Source: Candidatus Moraniibacteriota bacterium (GTDB taxonomy: Bacteria; Patescibacteriota; Minisyncoccia; Moranbacterales; UBA1568). Taken from it: a DNA stretch of 64,000 bases. The notes beneath the pieces are model-generated. The model was not told where the DNA came from. It saw only the letters and a program-made list of their open reading frames with translations, and did not search any database. Made by a program: the position numbers and the translations under genes. Every line of letters begins with the position of its first letter. Within the stretch, counting starts at the first letter, position 1. The DNA lies in the NCBI GenBank assembly GCA_963743885.1, contig CAVURJ010000002.1:369706-433705 (forward strand). The letters are read 5' to 3'. Below are positions 38,294 through 48,098 of the stretch, in pieces.

Positions 38294-38902
38294 ATGTTTC
38301 TCACACCGAAAATTGAACAGGCCATCAAGCGGGCGACGGAGCTCCATGATGGTCAGAAACGCAAGGTGAGCGGGATGCCGTATATCGTGCATCCGTACGC
38401 GGTCGCTTTTCTTTTGGCGCACTATACCGAAGATGAAGATGTCATCATTGCCGGCCTCCTGCATGACGTCCTCGAAGACGTGCCTGGCTATACGGAAGAC
38501 GATCTCATCGCCGAGTTCGGCGCACGCGTCACGGCGATCGTGAAGGAAGTGACAGAAGATTATACAGAAGCCGAGAAGGTGGATCACAGCCTCCGCCGGC
38601 AGGGGTGGAAGGAGCGCAAGAAAAAATATCTCGCCAACCTATCCGATGATAGCCACGAAGCGCTTCTCGTCGCGACGGCCGACAAGATCCACAATATCCG
38701 CTCGCTCATCGATGATTATACGGTGCACGGCGAAGCGACATGGGAGCGGCTTGGCAATAAGGAGCGGATCTTCTGGTTTTATGGAGAGACAGTCCGCATC
38801 ATCTCTGAACGACTCAGCCACCCGTTGTCTGAAGAATTGAGAAAAACCTTTGATGAAGCCAAAAAGGTAGTCGCTAACAATAGTATTTCAGATGAATCTT
38901 GA
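38294..38902 (+). CDS. HD-domain small alarmone hydrolase-like protein (SpoT/Mesh1-type)
   Basis: H.GQ.RK..G.PYI.HP, LLHDVLED, VTED and ADKIHN motifs. Confidence 0.85.
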   Translation: MFLTPKIEQAIKRATELHDGQKRKVSGMPYIVHPYAVAFLLAHYTEDEDVIIAGLLHDVLEDVPGYTEDDLIAEFGARVTAIVKEVTEDYTEAEKVDHSLRRQGWKERKKKYLANLSDDSHEALLVATADKIHNIRSLIDDYTVHGEATWERLGNKERIFWFYGETVRIISERLSHPLSEELRKTFDEAKKVVANNSISDES

Positions 38903-39003
38903 CAGAATCTTGATAAGGTGCTATACTGTTTCTTCACCCTGAAATACTTTATAGCATTGACGGGCGAAAGGATTGATGGTATATTAGTCCTATGTTCTTT
39001 GAA
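38899..39003 (+). promoter_or_regulatory. Tandem sigma70 promoters followed by a boxA-like motif
   Basis: TTGACA(38899)-17-TATACT and TTGACG(38957)-17-TATATT, both with extended TG; TGTTCTTTGAA at 38993. Confidence 0.75.
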
Positions 39004-39873
39004 TGATTATGATGATGTCTCAAGAGAAGCGGACGGTACCGCGGGTAGCTTGTTTGTCCTGAAGAGTTCGGAACAAGCAAGCTACCGACGTGGTAGTATC
39101 TGAAGGAGCAATCCGACATGAAGAGGTTCGCCTTCGCGATGAGCATCGACTACACGACACGTACGACCAAAACCTGCGCCTCCGGCACCGGCAGTTCCTG
39201 AACCACGCTGGGCGGCCAGGGCGACGCTTTTCAGGTGTTCCTTCGGGGATACCGAGAGCGTGCCAGCCCTTTCGCCGACCTGCGGTCGTGAGCAGGAGTA
39301 GTAAGTAGTTCGCGACATTCCGCCGGGATATGAAAATCCCACGGGACGAAGGCAAGGAATAGGGGACAGACGTCCGATTGGTTGTGTCGCGTCCAGTAAG
39401 TACGGATGCGCCTGAAGATCGGTCCGAGTCCGCCACCTGTCCCTTGCGTCCCAAGGGTTTTCCGACGGAAAAGGGTAAGTATCATCATCGCCAATCGCGC
39501 ATGGGCTTCGGGGGAATTCGATCTCCCGCGTCTAGGCTATCGGCCGCGTACCCCTGATTTTTTTGGGTCGCCGCCGCGCCGCTCGCCCATCGTGCACAAC
39601 GAGGAGGAAGCAATGCAAGCATCGCAACCCCTCGACGACATCGACCATCGCCGGTTCCGGTACCATGCGGCTCTGACCCGCATATCGGCCGGACGACTGA
39701 TGGACGCGTCGTCGCCTGACATTTCAGGCTCACGCCAGCTGATAACGAAGTTCTAAAGGGAACGGAGAATCGGCGGCAGGCAGGCGCTCTCCTGCCAGAA
39801 TACATTTTCGAAAAGTGTGGTATAATCCGGGGCCTCGTGCAGATTCTTTGCATGAGGCCCCTTCAACTTTTTT
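38992..39873 (+). ncRNA. Candidate large structured ncRNA (~800-880 nt)
   Basis: Many nested G-U-containing stems, UUCG/GNRA-type loops, recurring GUAAGUA, strong promoters and terminator; no convincing long ORF. Confidence 0.65.
39829..39873 (+). terminator. Intrinsic terminator-like hairpin
   Basis: GGGGCCTCGTGCAGA-ttc-TTTGCATGAGGCCCC followed by a T-rich tail. Confidence 0.6.
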
Positions 39874-40070
39874 CTCTACTGTTTTTTGAAACCGCTTTTT
39901 GCGGTTTTTTCATACTCTTGTTTGCTGGTATAATAGAGGCACTATGCCCGGTAGTAGAACTTCGATCGGGTGTTTGGTAGACGATCAAAGAAAAGAGCGT
40001 CTTTTCCTGTTCAGTAGAGAGGCGATATCGGTTAGGTTTTTGGGGAATTATCAAAGTTTCACTACCGGGT

Positions 40071-41273
40071 ATGAAAATCGGTATTAACGCGTCATTTTTG
40101 CGGAAGCCTGGGACCGGTATCGGGCAAGTTACCACTAACTTCTTGCAGAAGTTAGTGGAGTATTATGTATCCAGTAGTACGTATCAAGAAAATACAAAAT
40201 ACATACTACATGATACGAAATACATTCTCTACACCGAAGAACCGATCACTTTCCCATTACCTGCGAATTTCGAAAACAAGCACTTCCTGCCGAGATGGTG
40301 GAAGCGCGATGATGTGCCGCGCAAATGGCTCTGGGAACGAGAGCTCTCGAAACATGCCGCCGAAGACGGCTGTGATGTGCTCCTCTCGCTGTATCAGTCA
40401 GCTACGGATTTCCATGCGACGTGCGTCATGCCACACGATACGCCGGTGCGCCACGTGATGATCGTGCATGATATCATCCCGAAGCTCTTCCCTCAGTATC
40501 TCGGCAAATGGTCGCAGCGTCATCATTGGAAAGCTGTTGAACGGGCTATCGAACGGGCTGATCATATCGTTACCGTCTCAGAAGCGACCAAGAGCGATCT
40601 TATTTGGAAGTTTTCCTTGCCCGCGAATCGGATCTCAGTGGCCCATCCTGATGCGAGTCCGCATTTCTCCGAAGTGCCGTCCGAAGCAAAGGTTGCGAGC
40701 GTACTTGAAAAATATCAGCTCAATCCGGGATATATCTATCATGGCGGGGGACTTGAGGTGCGAAAGAACGCTGAAGGTTTATTGCGAGCGTACAAACAGC
40801 GAACAATGAACAGCGAACAGAGAACAGAGATGCCGAAGCTGGTGATTTCTGGGAAGGTGCATACAAAATCGAATAAGCTAGCGACGGATGTCGAGGGACT
40901 CATTCAGGAGCTCGGACTAGAAGAACATGTGAAGTTGCTTGGCTTCGTCCCGGACGAGGATCTGCCAGCACTCTATCGCGGTGCGCTCTTTTTTGCTTAT
41001 CCGTCGTTCTACGAGGGATTTGGGTTGCCGGCGCTTGAAGCGATGCGGATGGGGACGCCAGTGCTTGCATCAGATGTTTCGTCGCTGCCAGAAGTCTGTG
41101 GTGACGCCGCGCTCTACTGCGATCCAGAGAAAATAGATTCCATCCAGGCAGGTATAGAGCGCTTCATTAGTGATGCCGCACTACGCCAGAAGCTTTCCGA
41201 AAAGGGGATGGAACAAGCGGCTCAGTTCTCATATGACGCTTTCGTAAGCCATATCATCGGGACACTCGTATGA
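40071..41273 (+). CDS. GT4 glycosyltransferase (MtfB-like)
   Basis: VHDIIP, RKN and PSFYEGFGLPALEAM motifs. Confidence 0.9.
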   Translation: MKIGINASFLRKPGTGIGQVTTNFLQKLVEYYVSSSTYQENTKYILHDTKYILYTEEPITFPLPANFENKHFLPRWWKRDDVPRKWLWERELSKHAAEDGCDVLLSLYQSATDFHATCVMPHDTPVRHVMIVHDIIPKLFPQYLGKWSQRHHWKAVERAIERADHIVTVSEATKSDLIWKFSLPANRISVAHPDASPHFSEVPSEAKVASVLEKYQLNPGYIYHGGGLEVRKNAEGLLRAYKQRTMNSEQRTEMPKLVISGKVHTKSNKLATDVEGLIQELGLEEHVKLLGFVPDEDLPALYRGALFFAYPSFYEGFGLPALEAMRMGTPVLASDVSSLPEVCGDAALYCDPEKIDSIQAGIERFISDAALRQKLSEKGMEQAAQFSYDAFVSHIIGTLV

Positions 41274-42877
41274 TCAAGCTTCCTGCTTCGTGGAATCAGA
41301 ACAGGCTGGCGCTCGTAGCGTCGAGCACGCTTTCATGCGCCGCGCTCATCATGCTCAGCAATGCCCGCGTACTGCCGCTTGATCCGATCAATCTGGCATT
41401 TTTCACTTTTGTCACACTACTGTTCGCACTTTATCGGCCAGGATGGGCATTCCTTTTCTTCGTAGGAATGATACCGCTTGAAATCATAAATATCGCTCCG
41501 CTCATGTGGGGCTTCGACCTGCGGCCATACCAATGGCTCGCGATCATCATCTTCGCTGCCGTCATGCTCCGCGCTGCCGCTCGCACGCTACCATTTGATC
41601 TCGTGAAACCGCGCTGGTTCGATTGGATACTCCTCCTCGTACCGGTCGGTGCATTCATCGCAGCAGCCTATGCGCCGGATACGAACGCCACTCTCAAGCA
41701 AGCAATCATCACGCTTTCCTTCGGATTGGTCTATGCGGTCGGCAGAATATTTTGGCAATCATACGACGATATCAGGCAGGCTGTACCGTTCTTTCTCGGC
41801 TCAAGCCTAGTTGTTCTCAGCTATGCGCTCTGGCAGAATCTGCGTTTCCTCGCCGACGGGACAGGCTTCGAAGTAATGGCGGGGCGGCCCAATGCGACGT
41901 TTTCCGAAGCGGATTGGCTGGGACTCTTCATCATTGTAGTCATAAGCGTATTGTATAGTCTCATTTTTCAGATGTTCTTTCCTAAAAAGCAAGAGGGTAT
42001 ATCGTATCCTGTATATCGTATATCGGAATGGGTGCGGAAGCCGGACGCGTGGCTTGTGTTCGTCGCGCTTGTTTTCACATTCGTGATTCTCATCATCACC
42101 GTCGCGCGGAGCGCTTGGCTCGGAGCTACCGCTACTACCGTAGTCTTCATGGCGGTGGTGTGGTTCCAGAATGGCCTGCGCGAAGCGGCGCGATCATCTG
42201 TTTTTGTAGGTGGATCAGCTATCTTCGCTCTCGCTCTCGTATTCATATTCCAGCTTACACCGTTCGATATCGCCAATCGGGCGCAGAGCACAGCATCAGG
42301 ACTCCAGGAGATCACTATCGCTTGCGAACAGGATTCTATAGTACCCGTATTGCCGTCGAAGATCAGCGATATGGGTGAGCTCGAGCCGTTCCATTGCCGC
42401 CATATCATGCTCGAGGAGATCGGGAGCGAACAGGCGGGCGGCCGTTTCATCTCGACCATATACCGTGATGATCCGAATATCTCCATCCGTCAGAAGATCT
42501 ATGCGAAGACTTGGAACGAAATCCAGAACCATAGCGTGACCGGCATCGGCTGGGGGAGCATCGCCTCGATACTCGGTACCGATGAACGTGGCGCCGGTCT
42601 CAATGCGAGCAATGTATTCCTCGAAGTCTGGCTCGGCAGCGGGCTCATTGGCCTCATTGCTTTTTCAGTGGTCTGGTTCGGCATCATGATCTCGGCAGGC
42701 CTACGACTCTTCAAAAATACTTCACCAAGCGACAAGCCACTGCTTCTTTTCGTGCTTTCCACTTGGGCTGGTATCACTCTCTTCGATCTCTTCAATTCCG
42801 GAATACTCTTAGGTTTTTTCTTTCTCTATCTCGCATTGGGAGGATTGATATTACAAAAAAATGAACATAGAGTATAG
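41270..42877 (+). CDS. O-antigen ligase/polymerase-like membrane protein
   Basis: RPNATFSE, ARSAWLG, GIGWG and SNVFLE..L..G..G motifs. Confidence 0.8.
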   Translation: MIKLPASWNQNRLALVASSTLSCAALIMLSNARVLPLDPINLAFFTFVTLLFALYRPGWAFLFFVGMIPLEIINIAPLMWGFDLRPYQWLAIIIFAAVMLRAAARTLPFDLVKPRWFDWILLLVPVGAFIAAAYAPDTNATLKQAIITLSFGLVYAVGRIFWQSYDDIRQAVPFFLGSSLVVLSYALWQNLRFLADGTGFEVMAGRPNATFSEADWLGLFIIVVISVLYSLIFQMFFPKKQEGISYPVYRISEWVRKPDAWLVFVALVFTFVILIITVARSAWLGATATTVVFMAVVWFQNGLREAARSSVFVGGSAIFALALVFIFQLTPFDIANRAQSTASGLQEITIACEQDSIVPVLPSKISDMGELEPFHCRHIMLEEIGSEQAGGRFISTIYRDDPNISIRQKIYAKTWNEIQNHSVTGIGWGSIASILGTDERGAGLNASNVFLEVWLGSGLIGLIAFSVVWFGIMISAGLRLFKNTSPSDKPLLLFVLSTWAGITLFDLFNSGILLGFFFLYLALGGLILQKNEHRV

Positions 42878-43012
42878 AAATTCAAAGCTCAAAATCTCAA
42901 TTTCCAAATAAATTCAAAATTATAATATCAAAACAAAGAGCTACGTACTTCGACTTTTGTATTTTGTTCTTGTGATTTGTTTGGAACTTGTAATTTTGGA
43001 TTTTTGATTTAC
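42878..43012. repeat. AT-rich palindromic element (copy 5)
   Basis: TTCCAAATAAAT...ATTTGTTTGGAA core with heptamer arms. Confidence 0.8.
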
Positions 43013-43019
43013 ATCTTTT

Positions 43020-44186
43020 ATGTATACCTTTGCTATCGACATCCGACTGATCGGCAAGAAGCGCACCGGCGACGAGACCGTGTTCTTCAATCTGACCAAG
43101 GAACTCCTCGCGCTCGATAAGGAGAATCACTATTTCCTCATGACAAACATCGATGACGCGCAGGAGAGAGCAGTCATCCAAGGCCGTCTCGGCTGCATCG
43201 GTCAGGGAAACGTCGAGATCGTCACGCTTCGCGGCCGGAATCGCTTCATCTGGAACCTCGTGACGCTGCCATGGTTCCTCTTCCGCCACCGGATTGATGT
43301 CTATCACACCCAATACATTCTGCCGTTCTTCGTCCCGTCGCGAACCAAGGTCGTGACACATATCCATGATGTCTCATTCCGCGCCTATCCAGAGCTCATT
43401 GGCTGGAAGGATCGATTCTTCCTCGCGCTCCTCATCCCGTCCGCGCTCCGTCGCGCCGCACTCATCGCTACGCCTTCGCAGTTCACCAAGGATGAGATCA
43501 TCGACCGCTATGGCATCAACGAAAACAAGATAGCTGTCATCCCAAATGCGCTTTCGGAAGATTTTTTGGTTCAGATCGCCGCTCCCGAAGATATTGCCCG
43601 TGTCCGCGAGAGGTACACCTTACCAGAGATGTATGCCGTCTACGTTGGCACGCTCCAACCACGCAAGAATATTCCGTTCCTCATTGAGGCCTTCGCAAAG
43701 CTCAAAGAGCGCCTGCCAGAAGCAAAGCTGGTCCTGGTCGGCAATCGTCGTGGCCATCATGCGGATACGCGCCTCGATTCGACCATTGATCGTCTAAATA
43801 TGGCGGGGGATATCGTTTTCCCTGGTTTTGTCGACCAGGCTGACCTCCCAGCGGTCATATGCGGGGCGAAAGCTTTCGCTTTCCCATCGCTGTATGAAGG
43901 TTTCGGCATCCCACTCCTCGAAGCTATGAGCCAGGATGTACCTGTCGCGGCAGCGGATATCCCAAGTCTCCGCGAGGTAGCAGAGGGGGCCGCGCTCTAT
44001 TTCCCGGTTTCAGCCGAAGATGCGAGCCTTGCTCGAGCAGCAGAAACGTTGTATACTCTTTTCATTGACCAGACGAAGCGTGAAGCGCTCATCCGAAGTG
44101 GAAAAGAGCGTCTACAAGCCTTCTCTTGGAAAAAAAGTGCTGTGCTCATGCTCTCAGAATACGGGCGTCTCGCAGCAAAGCAATAA
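43020..44186 (+). CDS. GT4 glycosyltransferase (MtfB-like)
   Basis: IHDVSF, GTLQPRKN and PSLYEGFGIPLLEAM motifs. Confidence 0.9.
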   Translation: MYTFAIDIRLIGKKRTGDETVFFNLTKELLALDKENHYFLMTNIDDAQERAVIQGRLGCIGQGNVEIVTLRGRNRFIWNLVTLPWFLFRHRIDVYHTQYILPFFVPSRTKVVTHIHDVSFRAYPELIGWKDRFFLALLIPSALRRAALIATPSQFTKDEIIDRYGINENKIAVIPNALSEDFLVQIAAPEDIARVRERYTLPEMYAVYVGTLQPRKNIPFLIEAFAKLKERLPEAKLVLVGNRRGHHADTRLDSTIDRLNMAGDIVFPGFVDQADLPAVICGAKAFAFPSLYEGFGIPLLEAMSQDVPVAAADIPSLREVAEGAALYFPVSAEDASLARAAETLYTLFIDQTKREALIRSGKERLQAFSWKKSAVLMLSEYGRLAAKQ

Positions 44187-44204
44187 TCAGTCTCATAGCT
44201 TATT

Positions 44205-45434
44205 ATGTTCGGAAAGACATCGGTCGAAACACCGGAAAACAGCCTGTCTCCGGAGACCCCAAAGAAGCGCCGCGCCCTGCGGATCGCGCTCTTTTTTATC
44301 GTACTTCTCATGATCGGCGGTGGCGTCTTCGCCTGGAAGACTGGCAGCGTCATCAACAAAATCACTGGCGGTAATGGTAATATCTTCGGTAGCATCGTGA
44401 AATCCATCCCGGGCGTCGAGAAGAAACTCAAGGGTGAGGAAGCTGGTCGCATCAATATCCTTCTTCTCGGTATGCGCGGCGAAGGAGTCGAAGGTGGCGG
44501 CCTCCTGGCTGATACCATCATGGTGCTTTCCATCCATCCGAAGCAGAATGAGCAGGATACGGCCAAAGCATCGCTCGTCTCTATCCCGCGTGACCTTTAC
44601 GTGAAGGTCCCTGGACAGGACTGGCAGAGCAAGATCAACGGTGTCTATGCCGAAGGCGAGAAGCGCGAGCTTCATAAGGGCGGCATGGATGATATGCGGA
44701 CGATCGTCTCAGAAGTCTCTGGACTAGATATCCCGTACGCAGCCACTATCAATTTCCAGGGCTTCAAAGACCTGGTCAATGCCATCGGTGGCATCACCAT
44801 CACACTTGATCAGCCGTTTGAGGAAGGGATGCAGTTCCGTGGCCTCGAGAAGCGCTGTGATGGCCTGAAATACACGGTCTTCTCTGGTAACTACGAGGAA
44901 AAGCGCATCCAACGAAAGAATGGCACGTATTATGCCAATCCGAAGCGCTACCCGCTTTGCTTTGAGAAGATGACGACCCAAGCGATCGCCGAGCTCGAAT
45001 GCGGCGGCAATTTCAAGCTGCCAGTCGGAGAGAATCTCCTCGATGGTGAGAAGGCGCTCTGCTACGCCCGCGCCCGCTACACATCAAGCGATTTCGACCG
45101 GGCCCGCCGCCAACAGGAAATCATCAAGCTGATCAAGGCGAAGGCGCTCTCTCTCGGCACACTGACGGATTTCTCCAAGGTGAGCGCCATGATGGATAGC
45201 TTGGGCAACAACGCCAGCACGAACATGGAAGCTTGGGAAATGAATCACCTCCTCGATCTCTATCAGACCGCTGGCGATGCCGGCAATATCAATCAGAAGG
45301 TGCTGAGTACGGATGAGGGCGGACTGCTGTATTTCCCTGAGAGGGATCGGTATCCGGGAGCCGGGTCCATCATTCTCCCGCTGGGTGATAACTATGATCT
45401 TATCCGCGAGCTCTTCCGCAACTCGCTCAACTAG
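44205..45434 (+). CDS. LCP (LytR-CpsA-Psr) family glycopolymer transferase
   Basis: NILLLG, DTIMV, SIPRD, KIN and ARAR..SDFDRARRQQ motifs. Confidence 0.9.
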   Translation: MFGKTSVETPENSLSPETPKKRRALRIALFFIVLLMIGGGVFAWKTGSVINKITGGNGNIFGSIVKSIPGVEKKLKGEEAGRINILLLGMRGEGVEGGGLLADTIMVLSIHPKQNEQDTAKASLVSIPRDLYVKVPGQDWQSKINGVYAEGEKRELHKGGMDDMRTIVSEVSGLDIPYAATINFQGFKDLVNAIGGITITLDQPFEEGMQFRGLEKRCDGLKYTVFSGNYEEKRIQRKNGTYYANPKRYPLCFEKMTTQAIAELECGGNFKLPVGENLLDGEKALCYARARYTSSDFDRARRQQEIIKLIKAKALSLGTLTDFSKVSAMMDSLGNNASTNMEAWEMNHLLDLYQTAGDAGNINQKVLSTDEGGLLYFPERDRYPGAGSIILPLGDNYDLIRELFRNSLN

Positions 45435-45445
45435 GGGATCCGACC

Positions 45446-46270
45446 ATGGCATCCAAGGAACTCACCATCGCGATCAATGGCTATCGGAATCCGGAGCTCC
45501 TCCGGCTCTGTCTCGATTCCATCTATCGCGAAATGTCCGGGACTGGCATCGACTATGAAGTCTTAGTGACTGATAGTGCTACCGAAGAAGCGACAGAGAT
45601 GCTCATGCGCGAGACCTTTCCGGAGGCGCGCTTCTTCCCGTTCCGAGAGAATGTCGGCTTCAAGGCGATGGTCAACACCTCACTTAAGGAAGCGGCAGGG
45701 GAATATGCTTTCCTCATCAATAGCGACATCGTGCTGACGCCCGGTGCCGTACCGAAGATGCTTGCATACCTCAAGGAGCATCGGGACATCGGCATCCTGA
45801 GCCCGAAACAGATGAATTTCAACGGCACGCTCCAGCAGAGCTGCTTCCGTTTCTATCGACCATGGACCGTACTCTACAGACGCACATGGCTCGGTCGACT
45901 TTCGTTCGGCAAGCGCCATCTCGAATGGTTCATGATGAAAGATTATGATCATCAGTCGCCGCGTGCCGTCGACTGGGTCATGGGTTCCGCCATGCTCGTA
46001 CCGCTCTCAGCTGTACAGAAGGTCGGACCGATGGACAGCCGCTTCTTCATGTATATGGAAGATGTCGACTGGTGCCGGCGCTTCTGGGAGGCTGGACTCA
46101 AGGTCGTCTACTATCCGGAAGCGATGGTCTATCACTACCACGGGAAGGGTAGCGCCCGAGGCGGCTTCATCGGCTCACTCCTCTCCAATCGCCTCACCTG
46201 GTACCATATACAGAGCGCTATTAAATACTTCCTCAAGTACCGCGGCAAGCCTCTCCCGAAGACCGCATAA
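45446..46270 (+). CDS. GT2 glycosyltransferase (WbbL-like)
   Basis: NVGF, INSD, DWVMGS and FFMYMEDVDWC motifs. Confidence 0.88.
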   Translation: MASKELTIAINGYRNPELLRLCLDSIYREMSGTGIDYEVLVTDSATEEATEMLMRETFPEARFFPFRENVGFKAMVNTSLKEAAGEYAFLINSDIVLTPGAVPKMLAYLKEHRDIGILSPKQMNFNGTLQQSCFRFYRPWTVLYRRTWLGRLSFGKRHLEWFMMKDYDHQSPRAVDWVMGSAMLVPLSAVQKVGPMDSRFFMYMEDVDWCRRFWEAGLKVVYYPEAMVYHYHGKGSARGGFIGSLLSNRLTWYHIQSAIKYFLKYRGKPLPKTA

Positions 46271-46289
46271 CCTGAACAAAAAAGATCCT

Positions 46290-47579
46290 ATGTCCGAAAT
46301 CGAAACCACAGACGAAACATACGCCCGTGGACAGCACGTATTCCGCCGAGCCTTCCTGTTCTTCTTCATTGTTTTCATGGTCGGTGGGGCTTTTTGGATC
46401 GGCTATGAGCGCGGACAAGGTGATCTCAAGGAACAGGCCGCTGAAGAAGAAATACCAGCACTCTCTCCAGACAAAGCGATCTTCCTCAACAAAGAAAGCC
46501 AGGACAAGACCGTCGACTTCGCGCTCTTCTGGAAAGTCTGGGGGCTGCTCAAGGACAAGTATGTCGACAAGGCATCGCTCGACGCGAATGCTCTCTTTTA
46601 TGGTGCTATCAAGGGCATGCTCGCTGCAGCCGGTGATCCGTATACGACGTTCTTCGACCCTAAGGAGAATCGGGATTTCAACGAGGACATGACGGGGACT
46701 TTCGACGGCATCGGCGCTGAAATGGGCATCAAAGATGATATCTTGACCATCATCGCGCCACTCGAAGGCATGCCAGCAGAAAAGGCCGGCCTCATGCCGG
46801 GAGATAAGGTACTCAAGATCAACGGCGAGGATTCATCCAATTTTACCATCGAAGAGGCGGTCTCAAAGATTCGTGGACCGCGCGGCACCGATGTAACGCT
46901 CTCCATCTATCACAAGGGCGACCTAGAGGCGCATGATGTCATCGTAAAACGCGATGTCATCCTCGTGAAGAGCGTTCGTTTCGAGATGAAGGATGGCAGC
47001 ATCGCCTATATCCGCATCAGCCGTTTCGGTGAGGATACTGAGCGCGAATTCCGCGAGGCGCTCCGACAGACGACGGATCATAAAGCGACGAAGCTTGTCC
47101 TCGATTTGAGGAGCAATCCGGGCGGCTATCTCGATAGTGCCGTCACGATTGGCAGCTTCATGATCCCGTTTGGCAAGACCGTCGTCATCGAAGAGAGTGG
47201 CACAGGGGAGCGTCATGAGACGAAGACCCGTGGCGGCGATGAACTTTCCGGTCTGCAGACTGTCGTACTCATCAACCAGGGCAGCGCGAGCGCATCAGAG
47301 ATCCTCGCCGGCGCACTCAGCGAGACCCGAGACAACGTGACGCTTCTCGGTGAGACATCCTTCGGCAAAGGATCGGTCCAAGAATTCATCCCCGTCGGCA
47401 AAGGCACCGCCGTCAAAATCACGGTCGCCCGCTGGCTGACTCCGTCCGGCAAGCAGATCAACAAGGTCGGCATCACTCCGGACGAGAAAGTGGAGCTGAC
47501 TGCCGATGATGCGGCGAACGATCGGGACCCGCAGCTCAATAAGGCGCTCCAGATCCTCAGTAAAGGAATCAAGAATTGA
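46290..47579 (+). CDS. ctpA: S41 carboxy-terminal processing protease
   Basis: DPYT, PDZ GIG, DLRSNPGG, SASASE and GKGSVQ motifs. Confidence 0.9.
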   Translation: MSEIETTDETYARGQHVFRRAFLFFFIVFMVGGAFWIGYERGQGDLKEQAAEEEIPALSPDKAIFLNKESQDKTVDFALFWKVWGLLKDKYVDKASLDANALFYGAIKGMLAAAGDPYTTFFDPKENRDFNEDMTGTFDGIGAEMGIKDDILTIIAPLEGMPAEKAGLMPGDKVLKINGEDSSNFTIEEAVSKIRGPRGTDVTLSIYHKGDLEAHDVIVKRDVILVKSVRFEMKDGSIAYIRISRFGEDTEREFREALRQTTDHKATKLVLDLRSNPGGYLDSAVTIGSFMIPFGKTVVIEESGTGERHETKTRGGDELSGLQTVVLINQGSASASEILAGALSETRDNVTLLGETSFGKGSVQEFIPVGKGTAVKITVARWLTPSGKQINKVGITPDEKVELTADDAANDRDPQLNKALQILSKGIKN

Positions 47580-47736
47580 GAATCATGAATCATGATTTAA
47601 TACTTTTGTTTATAATCCTGTGAAATTCCATTCTGCGCGAACCGACGAAGTTTGGTATTGCACGGGGTTGACGCAAGTACCCGTCTTTTTTACAATAGAT
47701 GGTGCCCATAAATGATAAGTAGTAACGATAACGATT

Positions 47737-48015
47737 ATGAAGAAGACCAGTGTACAGCCGCTCGGCGAAAATATCCTCATCCACCCAGAAAAGCCAGAGC
47801 AGAAGACGGCAGCCGGCATCTATCTTCCGGATACCGCAAACCAGGAACGTTCCCAGCTCGGCCGCGTAATCGCTATCGGTGAGAGTGATACGATCAAGGT
47901 CAAGAAGGGTCAGACCGTCATCTTCCGGCGTTATGGGAGCGAGGAAGTCAAGATTGACGGGGAGGAATATCTCATCGCCGACCGTAAGGATATTCTTGCC
48001 ATTATCAAACAGTAG
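47737..48015 (+). CDS. groES: Co-chaperonin GroES
   Basis: QPLG..ILI, TAAGIYLPD, G.VIAIG and EEYLI....DILA motifs. Confidence 0.9.
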   Translation: MKKTSVQPLGENILIHPEKPEQKTAAGIYLPDTANQERSQLGRVIAIGESDTIKVKKGQTVIFRRYGSEEVKIDGEEYLIADRKDILAIIKQ

Positions 48016-48043
48016 GCGTCGGGGAACAATCTCTGATCAACAT

Positions 48044-48085
48044 GAAAACACCCCTGCTCAACATAATGCAGGGGTGTTTTTTTTT
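48044..48085. terminator. Bidirectional intrinsic terminator
   Basis: AAAACACCCCTGC-loop-GCAGGGGTGTTTT followed by a T run. Confidence 0.8.
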
Positions 48086-48098
48086 CTCTTTGGATGTT

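Noticed and set aside
39613-39756. 47-aa ORF with GAGGAGG SD (MQASQPL...)
   Set aside because: SD and ORF lie within predicted stems and the peptide has no recognisable features; not excluded, but not called
39000-39800. Group I/II intron, tmRNA, RNase P RNA or tRNA
   Set aside because: GACTACACG lacks a proper S partner and there is no interrupted gene; no GAGGAAAGUCC, no acceptor stem with CCA, no domain V; the TTCGA hairpin at ~39511 has no cloverleaf
45945-46289. N-terminal extension of the S41 protease
   Set aside because: Overlaps the GT2 gene; ATG at 46290 gives a normal TM-anchored protein
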